DNA of 63,093 nucleotides, filler included, from Reticulomyxa filosa (Eukaryota > Protista > Foraminifera), in the NCBI GenBank assembly GCA_000512085.1. It is 17 parts of 17 records of this genome, joined end to end, with 100 filler letters (N's around TTAATTAATTAA, not from the genome) between each part and the next. Parts side by side here need not be neighbours in the genome. Positions count along the whole stretch, not along the records: positions 18,797 to 25,427 come from ASPP01010628.1; positions 25,528 to 30,196 come from ASPP01014384.1; positions 30,297 to 33,219 come from ASPP01011211.1; positions 33,320 to 35,690 come from ASPP01023493.1; positions 35,791 to 38,908 come from ASPP01011247.1; 12 more parts are not named here. The stretch is one strand, 5' to 3'. Positions 24,230 to 38,384 of this stretch are shown here, in pieces (the stretch's first letter is position 1; every line of letters starts with the position of its first letter). The notes under the pieces are model-generated. The model was not told the origin of the DNA. It saw only the letters and a program-made list of their open reading frames with translations, and searched no databases. Made by a program: the position numbers and the translations under genes.

Positions 24230-25608
24230 TTGATTTTATTTCGATTTGAACACAATTTCAAACAACCCCTTCTTTCCTCGGCACAAATTTCGTTGGTGTT
24301 CAAACAATTTGCTCTGAGGAGTTCGTGACTAACTGTGCTTTCACTGCCCTTCTTTGCGTGTATGTTGATAGATACCTTCAGTTATATTTTTGGGAGTATT
24401 GAAAATTAATATTCAACCAAAATGAATTGTACCATAAAATTTAATCAATTTATTTGTTAATATTACAAATTTTATAAATTAAAGTTAATGTGAGTGTTGC
24501 TGTCACTGTTAGGCCTTACGTTGCAAAAGTATCTAAACAAAGCTATTTTTATTTTTTGCACTTCCCAAAAGGCTATGCCTTTTGTGATATAAAACAATCG
24601 CCTAATCTTCAGTTGAAAATAATTTCCTCTTTTCTTTTCAGTTTTTTATTACGCGTTTCATTTCAATATCCTTTTTAAGTCCAATTGCGACTCATTTAAA
24701 GAGTACAAATAGAAGAGTTAAAAATTAAAACAGAAATGCAAATTATTATTGAAATACTTACTACTGCCGAGAAAAAAATTGCAAATCCACTTTTTTTCAT
24801 TTGAATGATCGTCAAACCTTGTGAAGAGTCTTGTGATTTTTCCTATGTTGTGTATTTTCAAAGCCACATGATACCAAAATTTGCGCATTGTTTGTCTTTC
24901 GTTTATAAAGTGCTTTTTGTTTAAACCACACGTATGACGGGGTACATTGTTCCAAAAAAAGGTAAGGAATATGTGGCGCTATTTAATTGTTTGTACTTGA
25001 TGTTTTTTTTATTTTCATCCTAAAGATTGCTTTAGTCCTCAAGACAGATGAGACGGAATTGACAAACAGTCGGAAGAAAAAAAAGAAGCGAGCGAAAAAA
25101 AAAGTATGTAAAAAAAAAAAGTTAAAAAAATAGACCCACGCACGAAATTTGTATTTTAACCAGTTTCATGGCACTTTCGTTGGTAGTCAAAGGTGTTTTA
25201 ACCACCAGGCCATTTTCGAAACTACAGAAAATTGTTTACATGCACAAGCTTATCGTCGACGGCTCTCTTTTCTTCAATCGGTGAGATCAGTGTTATTTAC
25301 TGGATGGGGGGAAGACAGTTCCAAAGTATTATTCGCATTTCGTGTGCTTTTTTTATCTTCACCCTTGGTGGCGTCCCTATTTAAATCAATATCATATTAT
25401 TATTTTATTATTTTCATATCTCTCTCTNNNNNNNNNNNNNNNNNNNNNNNNNNNNNNNNNNNNNNNNNNNNTTAATTAATTAANNNNNNNNNNNNNNNNN
25501 NNNNNNNNNNNNNNNNNNNNNNNNNNNAAAAAAAAAAACAAAATAGTTTTTTTTTTTTTTTTTTTTTTTTTGACATTTGAAAAATTGTTTGTGTGTGTGT
25601 GATCACAG

Positions 25609-27625
25609 ATCCGAACAGGCATCATCACCAACTTTTCAAAAATATTACGCGTCTTCAGTGAACAGAAACGCGCAGAGCATTTGAACACCTTGTGGGAACT
25701 CGCTTCGGAATCGGATGTCAATTGGAGATTTCGACTTTTGTTAGCCGAGTTTGGTTAACACACACACACACACACAATAAAATGATACAAACATTGCAAA
25801 CTGTATTGCACTTATGTTTTTAATTATTGAATTGGACTCGGATTTTGTGTGACAGACAATTGGATGAAATATGTTCGCTATATAAACTCCCGCAGGTCGT
25901 GGAACATATTGTGCCATTAGCACTTCAGCTGTGTGACGATAGAATGGCAGACGTCCGATACGCTGCTGTCGTCCCCATTGCCGAACTTGTCAACTACTTT
26001 GTTCACCAAAACAGTCAGGAACAGCTTGAGGATCTTCTTCTCAAATGCGACACCATTCACGCTGCAAGAACATATTCCAAGCGATTGTTGTTGAGTATTG
26101 CTTTTTTTGTTTGTTTGTTTGTGTAAAAGACTCCCACAAAACTTTTTCTGTAATGTGTATTTCATTGATGAGAACTCCAGGTATGTAAAGCTATGCCAAG
26201 TTTGTTCCTTGAGAATCCCTTCAAACATTTTCCTTCAGCGCTTTCTCCCGAAACTGTTGGAGTATGCCAACGATCGCATTTCAAATGTGCGATATGCACT
26301 GGCGCGATTGCTGACCACGGATTTGCTGAAAAATAGTCTCTGTTCCTCTCGGGAAGACGTAAAAGCGTGCGTTTTGAAACTGAAAAATGACACGGATGAT
26401 GTCGAAGTCAAGCGATTTTTCGCCACAGAAAGCGAAAGTAAAAAAAAAAAAAATTTTGTAATGTGATTTGCTTTGTTGTAATTTTTTTTTTTTTTTTTTT
26501 TGTAAATGACGTGTATTGCTTTGAATACAGTTGAAGCGTTTTTGCAAGCACAGCAAGATGGAACGGTGACAAAAGATCAACCAGACGGACAACACGAGTC
26601 ATCCGAGTCAGAGGGCTATTCATCCTCGGAAAATGAGCACGAAGAAAGCGGAGAAGACGCGACAACGGATGCCAACGGCAAACAGAACAGCGACGTTCAG
26701 ATGCAAACCACTGTTACCAAGCCAGAATTGGCGGGCGTTGGTGAACATGCGAACTCATCACCTCAAGCGGATTCAAACAAGGAAAAGACAGGAAAGAGCA
26801 AAGACAAAAAGCGTAAAGAAAAAAAAAATAAAAAAATAAAAGACAAAGACAAGGAAAAAGAAACGGAAATGGAAAAAGAAACAGAAATGGAAAAAGAAAA
26901 AGAAACAGAAACAGAAATAGAAAAAGAAAAAGAAAAAGAGAATGATGAGCATAATGATGACAAAAATGACAAAGACAAAAATAAAGACAAGGATGATACC
27001 ACACAAGTGATTCAACACTTGGCTTCACTTGACATCAAACAGCCTTTGCAACGACAAATCACACCTGAAGACGAAAGGGAATCAGCCAAAAATGCTGCAA
27101 CCTATGCGGAAATGAAACAAAAAGGTGAAAACTTTGACGCGGTCTTGATCCACCAACCTACTCCTTATCGACTGCCCGGGCTTGACGATCAAAGTGATAC
27201 CGATTCCGACTCTGATGACAACAAGTATGACACGAACGAGTTGGATCAGGAAAAAGAGAGTCCTCTTCAAGCTTCCACTGAAAAAATTGGAGAGATTGGT
27301 CATTTAAACTCTCCCGAAAAAGAACAGATTACAAATCAACAAGTTCATGGTTTAACCTTTTTAACTTTTTTTTTTCTCCTTCTTCCCCCTTTGTTCTCCT
27401 TCCCCCTTTCTCCTCAAAAGAGCTTAAGAAAATGTGTTTTTTGTTATGAATGTTTTTCTTTTAACTAAATTAAAGGTGGATGGAAACGCAAAAAAAGATC
27501 AAGTGTTGAACACAAATCCTGTGGCTGTTGAACAAACAAATACCAATGTTAATGTGCATGACAACCTGCATCAAGTTGGTCACACCGAGGATAAAGGCCA
27601 GCAACCTCAACCGTCTACCCAATAA
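25609..27625 (+). CDS. HEAT-repeat phosphatase regulatory subunit (PP4R1 or PP2A-A-like), C-terminal part with a long acidic/lysine-rich tail; multi-exon
   Basis: SDVNWRFRLLLA, IVPLALQLCDDRMADVRYAA, FLPKLLEYANDRISNVRYALA and LKNDTDDVEVKRF are typical terminal HEAT repeats of PP2A-A/PP4R1. Confidence 0.78.
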
Positions 27626-28604
27626 ACACGTTTGTTTCAACGATTGAGCATTCTTTCATTGTTTGTTGGGGTTTTTTTTCTTTTGTTTTTTTCCCTTCCC
27701 TCTCCCTTGACCCTTTTCGAACCACTAAGAAATGAAATGTTTTATTTTTCATTCGTCATTTCAGCTTACAAGAGACACAACAAATGTGTTGACGTCTGTA
27801 TTTTTGTTTGTTTTTGTTTACTTGTTTGTTTTTTTGTTTTTTGATTCCTTAAAATGTTGCATGGAAAAAGAAAAGAAAGGTTCTTAAATTCCTTGAGTGG
27901 TCCAAGTGCACATTGGCATCATTTTTTTGTCTTCACTTCTTTCCTTTGGATTCGGTTTTGGTTAGTTTGTTTGTATGTGCTGAAGTTTTTTGTCTTGATT
28001 AAACGCTCTTTTTTCCTTCTTTTTATCTAACCTTTGCTTTTCTCTTGTCATATGTTTTCCTCCTCTATGATGTGATAAAAGGCATCAACAGTTTTGTCTT
28101 GTTGTAAAATAAAAAATGAAAAGAGCACCCAAAAGCATCAATCAATAAGTTTGGTACGTAACCCATTGCCAACAAGTAGTAATGTTTTCAAGGAGTATAT
28201 TTCATGTTTGTAGCCAGAAGTTTTACGTTCACAAACAAAAAACAAGCTGCCGAATTTATTTTGTTCAAGTTTTAGATTTACATAATGATTTTTCATTCCA
28301 AGACCACAAAATCGATCCAAATCTGTTTTAAAATTGTCCAAAAACAAAGGCACATTCAACTAACAGTTGAAAGACACAAAACAAAACAAAAAGTGAAAGT
28401 ACCGGGAAAAAATAAAAGTTGAAAATCTAAGCTACGAACCCAAAAAAAAAAAAGATTGAGCCGTGTTAAGCAGTAACAAGAAAATATGGAAGAAAATTGA
28501 AACACGGTTTACTGTACAATCTACTTAGTATGTGCATTCCCGCATGAAAGTAGAGAAAAAGAGAAAAAAATAGAAAAATAATGTTAAAGTGATATTTAAT
28601 AGCA

Positions 28605-30108
28605 TTAAAAGCCAACTCCTTCTTCTACCAACAGTTGATCATAATTATCATTATCCTCAGTTACTGCAGAGGAATTTTTGCGCAATTCACGACGGGCCCA
28701 TTTTGGTAAACCTGTCAATACAGTTGTACATTTTTTGAATATGACCTGTTTCAATACTCGTTTCCAATCCAAAACATCTCCTTCCAGACGTCGGAATCTG
28801 ACCACATGAATGATTTCCGTGGTCTTATTTTCATCTTCATCACTGCCTTGACGCGGTGGACCGTTCAGAAACTCTCGTGAACGGAATACTTGGACATGAA
28901 ATTGAATTAGCGACTCGTTAACTAAATTTAGGCTTTGTAGCTTCACCGAACATAGAAGCTATACAAATTGACATTGACGCACGAAACTTTGCGGTCATTT
29001 AATAAAAAAAAAAAAAAATCCACAGCTTAACAGTATTGTCTTCGAAATTGTAAATCGTATTTCCTGACACCTCATGAACCGCGGAATTGACCGTATTGTA
29101 AACATCTTTCCACTTTGCGGTAGTGTGCGTATCCCACACACCTTCGACTTCGCCTAACGGATAGAGTTCCATCTCTGCTTCATGTTCATCCAATCCTTGG
29201 ATCGAACGTGTGATGCTATCTTGAAAATCTTTCAATTTCTTGGCGTCTTTTCTTCGTTTTTGTTCCATTTGGTGATAGCGGCTTCGCAGCACTTTCACCA
29301 AATCTTTGCCTCTGCAATTCCCCCAGAGTTTGTAATATATCAGAATCTTATGTTTTTTTTAATATTAAAAAAAAACATGAAGGGGAGAGCAAAACTCTAA
29401 ATATTTGCCATTGAACCATTTATGACGCTTGATGTCAGTAATTGAGATACGATCATTGGGATTGTATGCCAACATACGTTGTAACAAATCCTTTGCATCT
29501 TCATCGTTGCTAATTTGGCATCCTGCATGTGACTCCCAAAATTTGCGATAATCACCTTTTGCCAAAGGACGGAACCATTTATCATTTTTGTGGGCTTGTT
29601 CAAATGGAGGATCTGTCGGAGATGTTTATTTGCCCATCAAGTCACAACACTTTGTTCCTTTTGAAAATGATATCTCTCTCTACCCTTCTTTTACTGGTAT
29701 CTTTTCAAATAAACTTAACATCCAGTCAACAAGATGAACAGCACTACACCAGCAGAAAAAACGTCTGCTGAATAGTCATACTGCCGATTTAACAATAATT
29801 CTGGGGCTTGATAGCCTTTAGTGCCAACATACGACGTCTTCATCACAACGCCGTCATCTGCCTTGAAGACTTTTGACAAGCCAAAGTCGGTTATCTGATC
29901 CAACCAAAATGCCGTTCCAAAAAAAAAAAAAAAAATTGGAGGGTAGAAGGGGGGAAAGACTGTGAAAATGCCGTTGTCGACAAAAAAAAAAAAAGGTGGT
30001 TCAAAAGAAAAAAAAAATAACCTTTAAATTGAATTTTGAATCCAACAAAAGATTTTGGGGTTTCAGGTCACGATGAGCCACGCCAGACTTGTGGCACGCT
30101 TCCAGACC
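28605..30108 (-). CDS. Ser/Thr protein kinase (CAMK/AMPK-related) with a KA1-like C-terminal domain, 5'-truncated, multi-exon
   Basis: [71 protein letters not shown], and C-terminal [15 protein letters not shown] (KA1-like). Confidence 0.9.
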
Positions 30109-30321
30109 TATTGAAGCGATAGTGTATGTTGAGTGTTTCAACATTTTCAAAACGTTTTGTATTGCAGACCCAAAAAAAAAAATGGTATATGAAAGTNNNN
30201 NNNNNNNNNNNNNNNNNNNNNNNNNNNNNNNNNNNNNNNNTTAATTAATTAANNNNNNNNNNNNNNNNNNNNNNNNNNNNNNNNNNNNNNNNNNNNTTTA
30301 ATAATAACATAGAGATACAAT

Positions 30322-33219
30322 TTGCCAATCACATCCTTCAAAAAACAGGGGAAAGTGGAAAATGATGCGTCTGGTGATGACTCGAGTTCAACCACGTCAT
30401 CGTCCAACACCTCGACGACCTCCTCCTCCTCCTCATCATCATCCTCTTCGTCCTCAAAGTCAAAATCGAAAAAGGCAGTGAATCGCTTGAAGCCAATCAA
30501 AGAGGAGGAAAAAGAAGTGGAAATGGAGACGGAAGCGGAAACCGAGTACAAGCAAATCGAAGAGCACAATCGATACTTTGAGACACTGCAAATGCCAAAT
30601 CACGAAGATATTGGAGGGATAATGACGGACAAAGAGGACTCACTACCCCCCGTCCCGATGACTGCACAATCGACGCCTCTTCCCGATCACGAAGCAAAGA
30701 AACAGAAAAAAAAAAAAGAAAAGAAAAAAAAGACGAAAACATTACGACGCCAAAAAGATTAAAAAAAGGAATAACAAAAAAGACAAAGACAACAACAGCA
30801 ATGAAATTGACAACAAACCTTTGGGCAATATAAGTGCAAATGTCCAATCTGTCGAGGATTCGAGTAAAATGAAAGAAAAGGAAAAAAAGAAGAAGGACAA
30901 ACATGACAAGGACAGTGACACCAATAGCGACAAGGACACCAATGACGACACAGACACGACCACCGCCAGTGATAACGACAAAGAAAAAGAAAAAGAAAAA
31001 GAAAAAGACAAGGATAAGAATAAGGATAAAGAAAAGGATAAGAGTGAAAATAAGGATAATAACAAAGATAAAGATAAAAATAAGGACAAAGATAAAGACA
31101 GTGATAGTGATAGTGACAGCGATAGCGATAGTAACAGCGACAGTGACAGCAACACAGACACAGACGCCGACAATAAGGCCGGTCCGAATTTCAAGTCCAA
31201 GTGGAACAATCTTGACAAAGAGAAACAAGAGGAGTTTTTGAAAGATCTGGACAAGATTCTGGCGGGCAATGTGGACGAGTTTGTCAATAAATATCATGTT
31301 CGAGAATGCGTCAATATATATATATACATATATGCATATATACATTTATATATGTACATGTACATATACAATAACTTCAGTGACAAAAGTAATAAACATA
31401 TACATATATATATATATATATATATATGTATATGCACACAGACCACAAAGGCAACAGCTACTGGTTTAGACGACTCCGATTGGGCAGTGGCGCAAATGGT
31501 AGTGTACGAAGATGAGTATGAGACAAAAGGGGCAATGAACAAGAACAAGAACAAGAACAAGCAGCAACCAGCGAACTCAGACGAAGACGTAGTAGTCGGC
31601 AACACCCCGTTTGAATTGAAGCGACAAGACTCATTATTCGTGCAACTGGAAAAAGAGAAAAGCTATTGAAGGAAATGATCGAGCAACAACAGCAAGTATT
31701 TCGTCAAATTACTTCCAACAAGCATGCAAGCCATTTGAACATGGGCAAGAAGGAGGAAAGCGGTGCTGTGGCGGCGGCGGCGGCGGCGGCAGATGAACAC
31801 ATTGTTCACGAACCGGACAACAAAGAACAGCCCGAAGAACATGTGCGAAGTTTGTCGCGCAGCGAAAAACGTCGACGCCATCTCAAGTCCAGTCAAGAGA
31901 ATATTCAACAGGTCTCGGAATGGTTGAATGGCATTTCGTCGTCGGCACATAATTCACCCGTGACACATCCCGCTCAACCCCCACAAGTTTGTGTGTGTGT
32001 TTTTTTTTTGTTCTCTTTGATGACACTACAACTATGTAGCATAATGTATATGCACTCACACCAAAAGGGAAAGGATCAATCAAATGCTGTCAGCGACGGC
32101 ATCTCTGTGGATGACGAATTCGATTACTTGCCAGAGTTGGAGATGAAAGAAGAAACACCAAAGCCAAATAGTTCCAATCCTGTCGTTGATAATTCAAAAA
32201 ATCGATTTGACCATGGCCATGTATATGTATATATCGTATATTTGATATATGTACATATATATATATGTATGTATACACATGATTCATATATGATTATGAT
32301 ATTGTTTGTTTGTGGATGGAATGGGGGGGGGGGAAAAAAAAAAAGGATGCAAAAACAATGGAAGCAATGAAAGAGAGACAAAACGTAGCAGAAAAATTGG
32401 AGACTGGCAATGGAAGCGACAATATGAAGCATGCGTCTCTTTCTCCAAACAAGAAAGGACAATTGGAGAAGAATATCACCGAGACCAATGCAAACAGTGA
32501 TAACAAAGCAGGGGATGTGACGGGACGTCCCGTCGTGCATGGCGCTCGTTTGAGTGAGGAAATCGACGCGTCGCTGGGGGAGAACAGTCAAGTAAACAAT
32601 GAGGACGATAACGAAATGACCGGCAGTGAAATATTTGGGGACTCGCAAGGCGTTGTCGACGACGACGACAACCTCACATCTCAAGGCAATCCCAAAGCGC
32701 AAGGAGATAGTGCAGGAAAGCTCCGCGGAAATGGACAAGGTGAAAAAGTGGTGCCACTTATCGATGACGATGAAGAAATACTACCGATAAATGGAATGGA
32801 TGAAAATGACCCGAATTTGTATATACTAGAGCAAACGCCGCACAGAACGGCCGAGCAGATCACCAACACCAACACCAACACCAACACCAACGTCAACGTC
32901 AACATTCGCATGTCGAAGAGTCAAGGGACAAATGCAGAGACGGTAATCGAACACGACAAAAACGAGACGAAGAAAGACATTGACATAATTGACGAAAACG
33001 AAGAGACAAAGCATGACTACGCCATCAAGCATACCAATAACAAAACGCATCCTGCGTCCGATAAAGGGCCTTCGGCAGATGCCGTTCAAAGCGAAGATGA
33101 AAAAGACGATTTGAAAGGCATGCTTTTGGGTACAAGTCATCGTCGACAGTCGACGAGATTATTGTTGGATAGCTTGAAGCCAACCACTACACATGATCAG
33201 AATTTATCGAGTGAGTTGT
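30322..33219 (+). CDS. Large low-complexity acidic/Lys-rich protein (multi-exon fragment, function unknown)
   Basis: Consecutive same-strand ORFs with KD/KE/SD dipeptide runs, interrupted by (AT)n-rich introns. No recognisable domain. Confidence 0.55.
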
Positions 33220-33319
33220 NNNNNNNNNNNNNNNNNNNNNNNNNNNNNNNNNNNNNNNNNNNNTTAATTAATTAANNNNNNNNNNNNNNNNNNNNNNNNN
33301 NNNNNNNNNNNNNNNNNNN

Positions 33320-33361
<42 letters not shown>

Positions 33362-33630
33362 CTATTGCAAATGGATAGATAAATATTTACAAAATGTGAT
33401 GTTGTTTGCCTTTTTTATAAACTTTGTTACACAATGCAATATTGTTGCCAATGTCGAGAAGCAAGACAACCATACCGCTGATGGAACATTGGAAACTAAT
33501 ACCAGTTTAATCTTTCTTTAAACAAACAAACAAACAAAAGTCACAAAGACAAAAAGGACATAATGTTTGTGGAACGACTATTTGTGTCGTGTGAACACAA
33601 TTGGAATGCGTGACCTTGGATTGATTGATA

Positions 33631-33665
<35 letters not shown>

Positions 33666-33699
33666 CCAAAGAAAAGATAAGAGGTGGCAGAAAGAAGAT

Positions 33700-35682
33700 T
33701 TGTATTATGCGCACAGCCATCACACCACGCATGCCATACGAGCACAGCGTGCAAAGGCATTTGTGGACAAAGACGAGTTTGGCAATGTGAATCAAAGCGA
33801 CAATGAGACAGTCAATGACGATGAGAATGAGGTTGAGAAAGGAAATGACAAATCGGACTCATCAAACTATTACAATATCGCGGAGAACATTGACGGAGGA
33901 CTTGTGAGCAATTGGGTGTTCTTGCCTTTTAACCAATGGTGTACCTCCAACATTGAATATCATACCGATCAAGCGGATCAATTGCTCAGTCTCATGAAAC
34001 AAGAAGCATACAAATCGAATTCTGATGTATTTGTCTACTTTGTATTGTCCACTGTTGTCGTTTGTTAGTACAACGAAACAAACAAACAAACAAACAAACA
34101 AACGAATGAACAGATGGAATATGCACTGTCCAACCTACCGTCGAGCGCAGAGATCTCGCTAATTGATAACGAGTTATCATACGAAAGCAAAACGCTGGGC
34201 ACACTGCTAAAAGTGCAAAGACACACAAGGTCGATTCAATCGCAATTTGACACATTTGTAGACAACTTACGTGGGAGACAGATTGAGATATTGGAGATGT
34301 CAAAAGAACTCAAAGAGCGTCATCACATTTGCTCACAGACATTGCAACGACTGACCGAACAGGAAGTATGGCTCATCCAAAACATCACCGAAACTATTGC
34401 CGAACGGGCTGAGAAAATCGATCGTCTCAATAAACAATTGAAACGACATGACGTCCACCAATCCAATGCGAACAACGCTGACACAAACACAAACACGAAC
34501 AATGGCACCGACCGCGTCTTTGTCGAAGCGGAATTGATGAACACCAGGGCATTTGTCGATCAATTGCACAAGGTGATTGTTGAGTTACAACAGATCAGTG
34601 AAGGTAAAAAGAAAGAGGTCAACGCATTGGAGAATGACTCTTCGATTTTGCAAAGTCAAAACGCCAAAATTCGTGAAGCCTCGTCCAATGCTTCCAAAGT
34701 CGCCATGGAGCGTTTGACTGAAGTCAGAACCATTATCGATTGCCGCCCTTTATCAAAGTTTCTTTTTTTTTTTTTTTTTTGGTCTTGTTCTGTTTGCGTT
34801 TCTCGAATTACAAACACATATACATATTATGTACGTGTGTTCATAATAATCAATTCAATGTCAATTGTTTCGTGTAAACAAACAGGGAGAACACGAAACT
34901 ACGCTCCGAACACAGTCCATTCTAAACTCAATTGACACACTTGTCTCCAATGCAAAGTCACGTGACACGTATTCAAAGGCAATGGAGCTGTGGCAGTCAT
35001 GTGCAATATTTAGTGATCAACAAAACAAGGTTTTCTTTAACGAATACGTATCTCTTTGTTGTCAAGCCTTTATTGATGCATCGTTGGCAACAGACTACAT
35101 TTCGAGCAATAATCACGACAATGGTATGTATTGTGTATTCTCTCTCTCTCTCTCTTGCTTTTATCATTTCAAAACAAGTACATCCAAGGAGAGGGATACA
35201 CACGAATCACAGGAAACCAAAACAACTGGTTTCAATTGGGCAGTCGACTGAATTTCACTTCACGAACGAGTGTAACAGAAAATGACTTGCCAACCATGTC
35301 CACCGTTTCAAAACAAACTGAAAAAATGTATGAATTGATCAAGCAATCTCACAGACACAACTTAAAAGGATTAGATCTTGTCATGAATTTGTCAGAAGTG
35401 TTTTGTCGGGAAATTAGCCACGACGTGGAGTACAAACAAAATAAAGAGATATATGACGTGGCAGTGAGGCCACACATGACATCCCATTATTTTGTGTGGG
35501 AAATGTATCATTCATGTCAAAGACAACTACAATCAATTAAGCGATTTACAATCACAAAAAAATGAACTTGATAACATGCTTGATCGGATCATCATTTTGG
35601 GAAAATATTATAACAAAATTCAGCACTTAGAAGCTGTTTTAGCATGCATCGGACAATATGTTACCTTGCAATTCCAACATGG
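33700..35682 (+). CDS. Coiled-coil protein of unknown function (multi-exon fragment)
   Basis: Same-strand ORF series (33700-34068, 34114-34750, 34890-35120, 35180-35680) with heptad-like E/K/Q/L periodicity. Confidence 0.55.
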
Positions 35683-35790
35683 TTATATATNNNNNNNNNN
35701 NNNNNNNNNNNNNNNNNNNNNNNNNNNNNNNNNNTTAATTAATTAANNNNNNNNNNNNNNNNNNNNNNNNNNNNNNNNNNNNNNNNNNNN

Positions 35791-35831
35791 AGCCCTAAGC
35801 CCTAAGCCCTAAGCCCTAAGCCCTAAGCCCT
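35791..35831. repeat. Telomere-like tandem repeat (CCCTAAG)n / (TTAGGGC)n at a contig end
   Basis: About 5.9 perfect 7-nt copies start at the first base of the contig, with the C-rich strand facing 5' as expected for a left chromosome end. Confidence 0.75.
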
Positions 35832-37182
35832 CTTGATCATACAACCGTAAAGTTTTTTCAGTTTTTGTCTCACAAACTTTAAAGTTATCTAAGTCACTCT
35901 AAAGTTTTTCTAAGTTATTATCACAGCAACTTTGTGTCAACTTTTTTTGAATTTTTGTATATTTGCTGTGGTTGTTATTAGTCTATATTCTGATTCACGC
36001 ATTGGTCCATTTGTGTGTGGGTATAGTACGACTTTCCCAAAATCCAAAAATATTTGTTTTCATTTTGGAAAAACAAAATAAATTTTTTTTTAATTAAATG
36101 GAAATCTGATCATTCAGTTTTGTGTTAGAAAATGTGAAATTGTATTCTTTCATGTTTTCCTTAGCTGAAGAATGAAAGGAATTGACATTCGTCTCTATTT
36201 TTTTCACTCTGTTAAAATATTTAATAAGCGCATTTTTAGGCCTTTTAATTTTTGTCTTGTTCATTGTTTATGATTGGATGTTGTACCTCTACATCATAAA
36301 AAGAAGACCGGTCATGCTGTTCTTTTCGAAATATTCTTTAAGGCAATGATTGAATTAATTATGTAAATCAAATTTAGACAAAATTAATTCATGATCAAAA
36401 GAAATAAACAATTTTTTTGAGAGAAAAAACTGTTTTTGCAATTGGATGTGCTTATGTCAAAAAGGATATTATAAAACGCAAAGAAACAGTATTCAAACAA
36501 GCACATCACCGTAACATTGAAAATTTTTCTAATAATGATGTCTAGAACTTCTCAATAATTTTTTTAAACACAATCTATTTGGTAAATTATTCTTTGATTA
36601 TTCTTTTTAAATTAAAAACTGCGTGCCTTTGCATAGAATGGAATAAAAATATGTGAAATATTTGTGGCAATTAATTATTTTTAATATCTCCATTTTCGTT
36701 GTGTTTGTTACAGTTAAGAATGGGCACATCAGTCTCACACCCAGTTTTCTCCTCCTGTGTTTCCTCTGACTCAATGAAGTGCGAGATTAATGAGTAAAAG
36801 CTAGTTACTCCAAACATAAAGTTGGTGACATGGTCACCTTTGCAACAAAAAAAAATCTTTTTCAAATAGATTGGATTTGTGAACTATATGTACGTGAATA
36901 ACTTGACATCAGTTACAAAAATTTTGAGTAACTTAGGCTGTCCTTTTCAATATTTTTGATGTAGCCGCGTAAATATGTGACAAACATTTTTTCTCTTTTT
37001 GTTGAAACTGGAGAGACTCTGAAAAAAAAACTATCCTTTTATTACGTTAAAAAAAGGCCTGTTGGATCGAATATTGAATGAAGATCTATCTTCTCAAAAG
37101 ATACACATAAAATAAAAAAAAATTTTGCAGAAAACGTTATTGGGATATCCACTTGTATAATGTCTCTGCAAAACGTTGAAAA

Positions 37183-37712
37183 TTACTTTCTGTAACCTGA
37201 TACTGCTTTTATAATATCACTCAATCCAGAGCCAGGCTCTTTACTCCAATTTACACTTGCAGAAGAAGATCTGTACGGATCGATTACAATTCCTAAAAAA
37301 AGCACACAAGTTTGTTCTGAAATTTAAACACAAGTAAAAAAAAATAAAATATTTGACCGTCATAGTAATTTGAATTAATCTTGATTGTCACAGGCCCCCT
37401 TTGGTCTTCTTCTGTCAAAAAACAACATTTATAACCATTACTGCAATAATAAGGATCAATGTAATATGTTGCATCATATTTGTCCACAAAAACAACTCGC
37501 CACCAGTCATAGTCAGACATGGCTCCAAAACCTACGGCGTAATCAACTCTTAGACTAGCATTTGTAGTCGCACCATCTCTTACGTTACACCAAGTATATT
37601 GCTGTATTGCGCCGTCCGCTCGAAAGCGATGTTTCACTGTTACTTCTTTTAAATCTTCTCCAAATTGATTTTTCACTCTTACTGTTGTGCTACAACTTGT
37701 ACCATTTCCCAT
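37183..37712 (-). CDS. PUD-1/PUD-2 (Up-regulated in daf-2)-like beta-sandwich protein with an N-myristoylation motif; intron 37293-37357
   Basis: MGNGTS start. VRVKNQFGEDLKEVTVKHRF...YTW...LRVDYAVGF...DWWRVVF...K..LTEED..GPVTIKI follows the PUD1_2 pattern. The spliced second exon ends GYRK*. Confidence 0.7.
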
Positions 37713-38384
37713 TGTCAAAAAAAAGACAGTATTTGAAACAATTTGCAAAGAAAAATAGCCAAAACTAGCTAAAAAAAACTTTTAACCAGTATTTAAAAAG
37801 GAGCGACTAACATAGTCTTTTTTTTAGTGTGGATATTGGATTTGATTAGAGCATTAACATTTACACGAACCACTAAAAAAAAAGTATTAATTTATGTACC
37901 CTCTAATGAAATATTTATTCCGTATCCAATCAGGATGCCCTTCTAATTTTTTAGCCTTTTCCTCTTCTTTTGTCTACATTATTTTTTCCTCTGGTCCAAG
38001 AGTTTGAGGTGTACTGATGTTTGTGTGTTCCCTTTAATTAAAAAACAATTATCACTTTTATTCTCCGCATGTGCAAATCATAAGCAAAATTGTTCACAAA
38101 TACTAAAAAAAGTGCATGCACAAAGCTATCGTACTATTAAAAATGCAAAGATAAAACAGCAATGAACTTTTATTTCGTTATTTTGGGAAGGGGGAAAAAA
38201 AAGTGTCTGTTATCCTTGGAAGACATCGTTCAAGAAAAAGTAAACTCAAAACAAGGAACAAATGCCATTTTTGTTTTTTTTTTTTTTTTTCATACAATAT
38301 AATTTGTGTCAAATCGAATTTAAACTTTGTGTTTGTTTCCCTTCTTTCCCCCCCCCCCCCCCTAAACAAGCTACAATTCATTTT

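Noticed and set aside
30497-31345. Hydrophobic minus-strand ORFs suggesting membrane proteins (also 26714-27028)
   Set aside because: They are antisense shadows of K/D/E-rich low-complexity coding sequence on the + strand.
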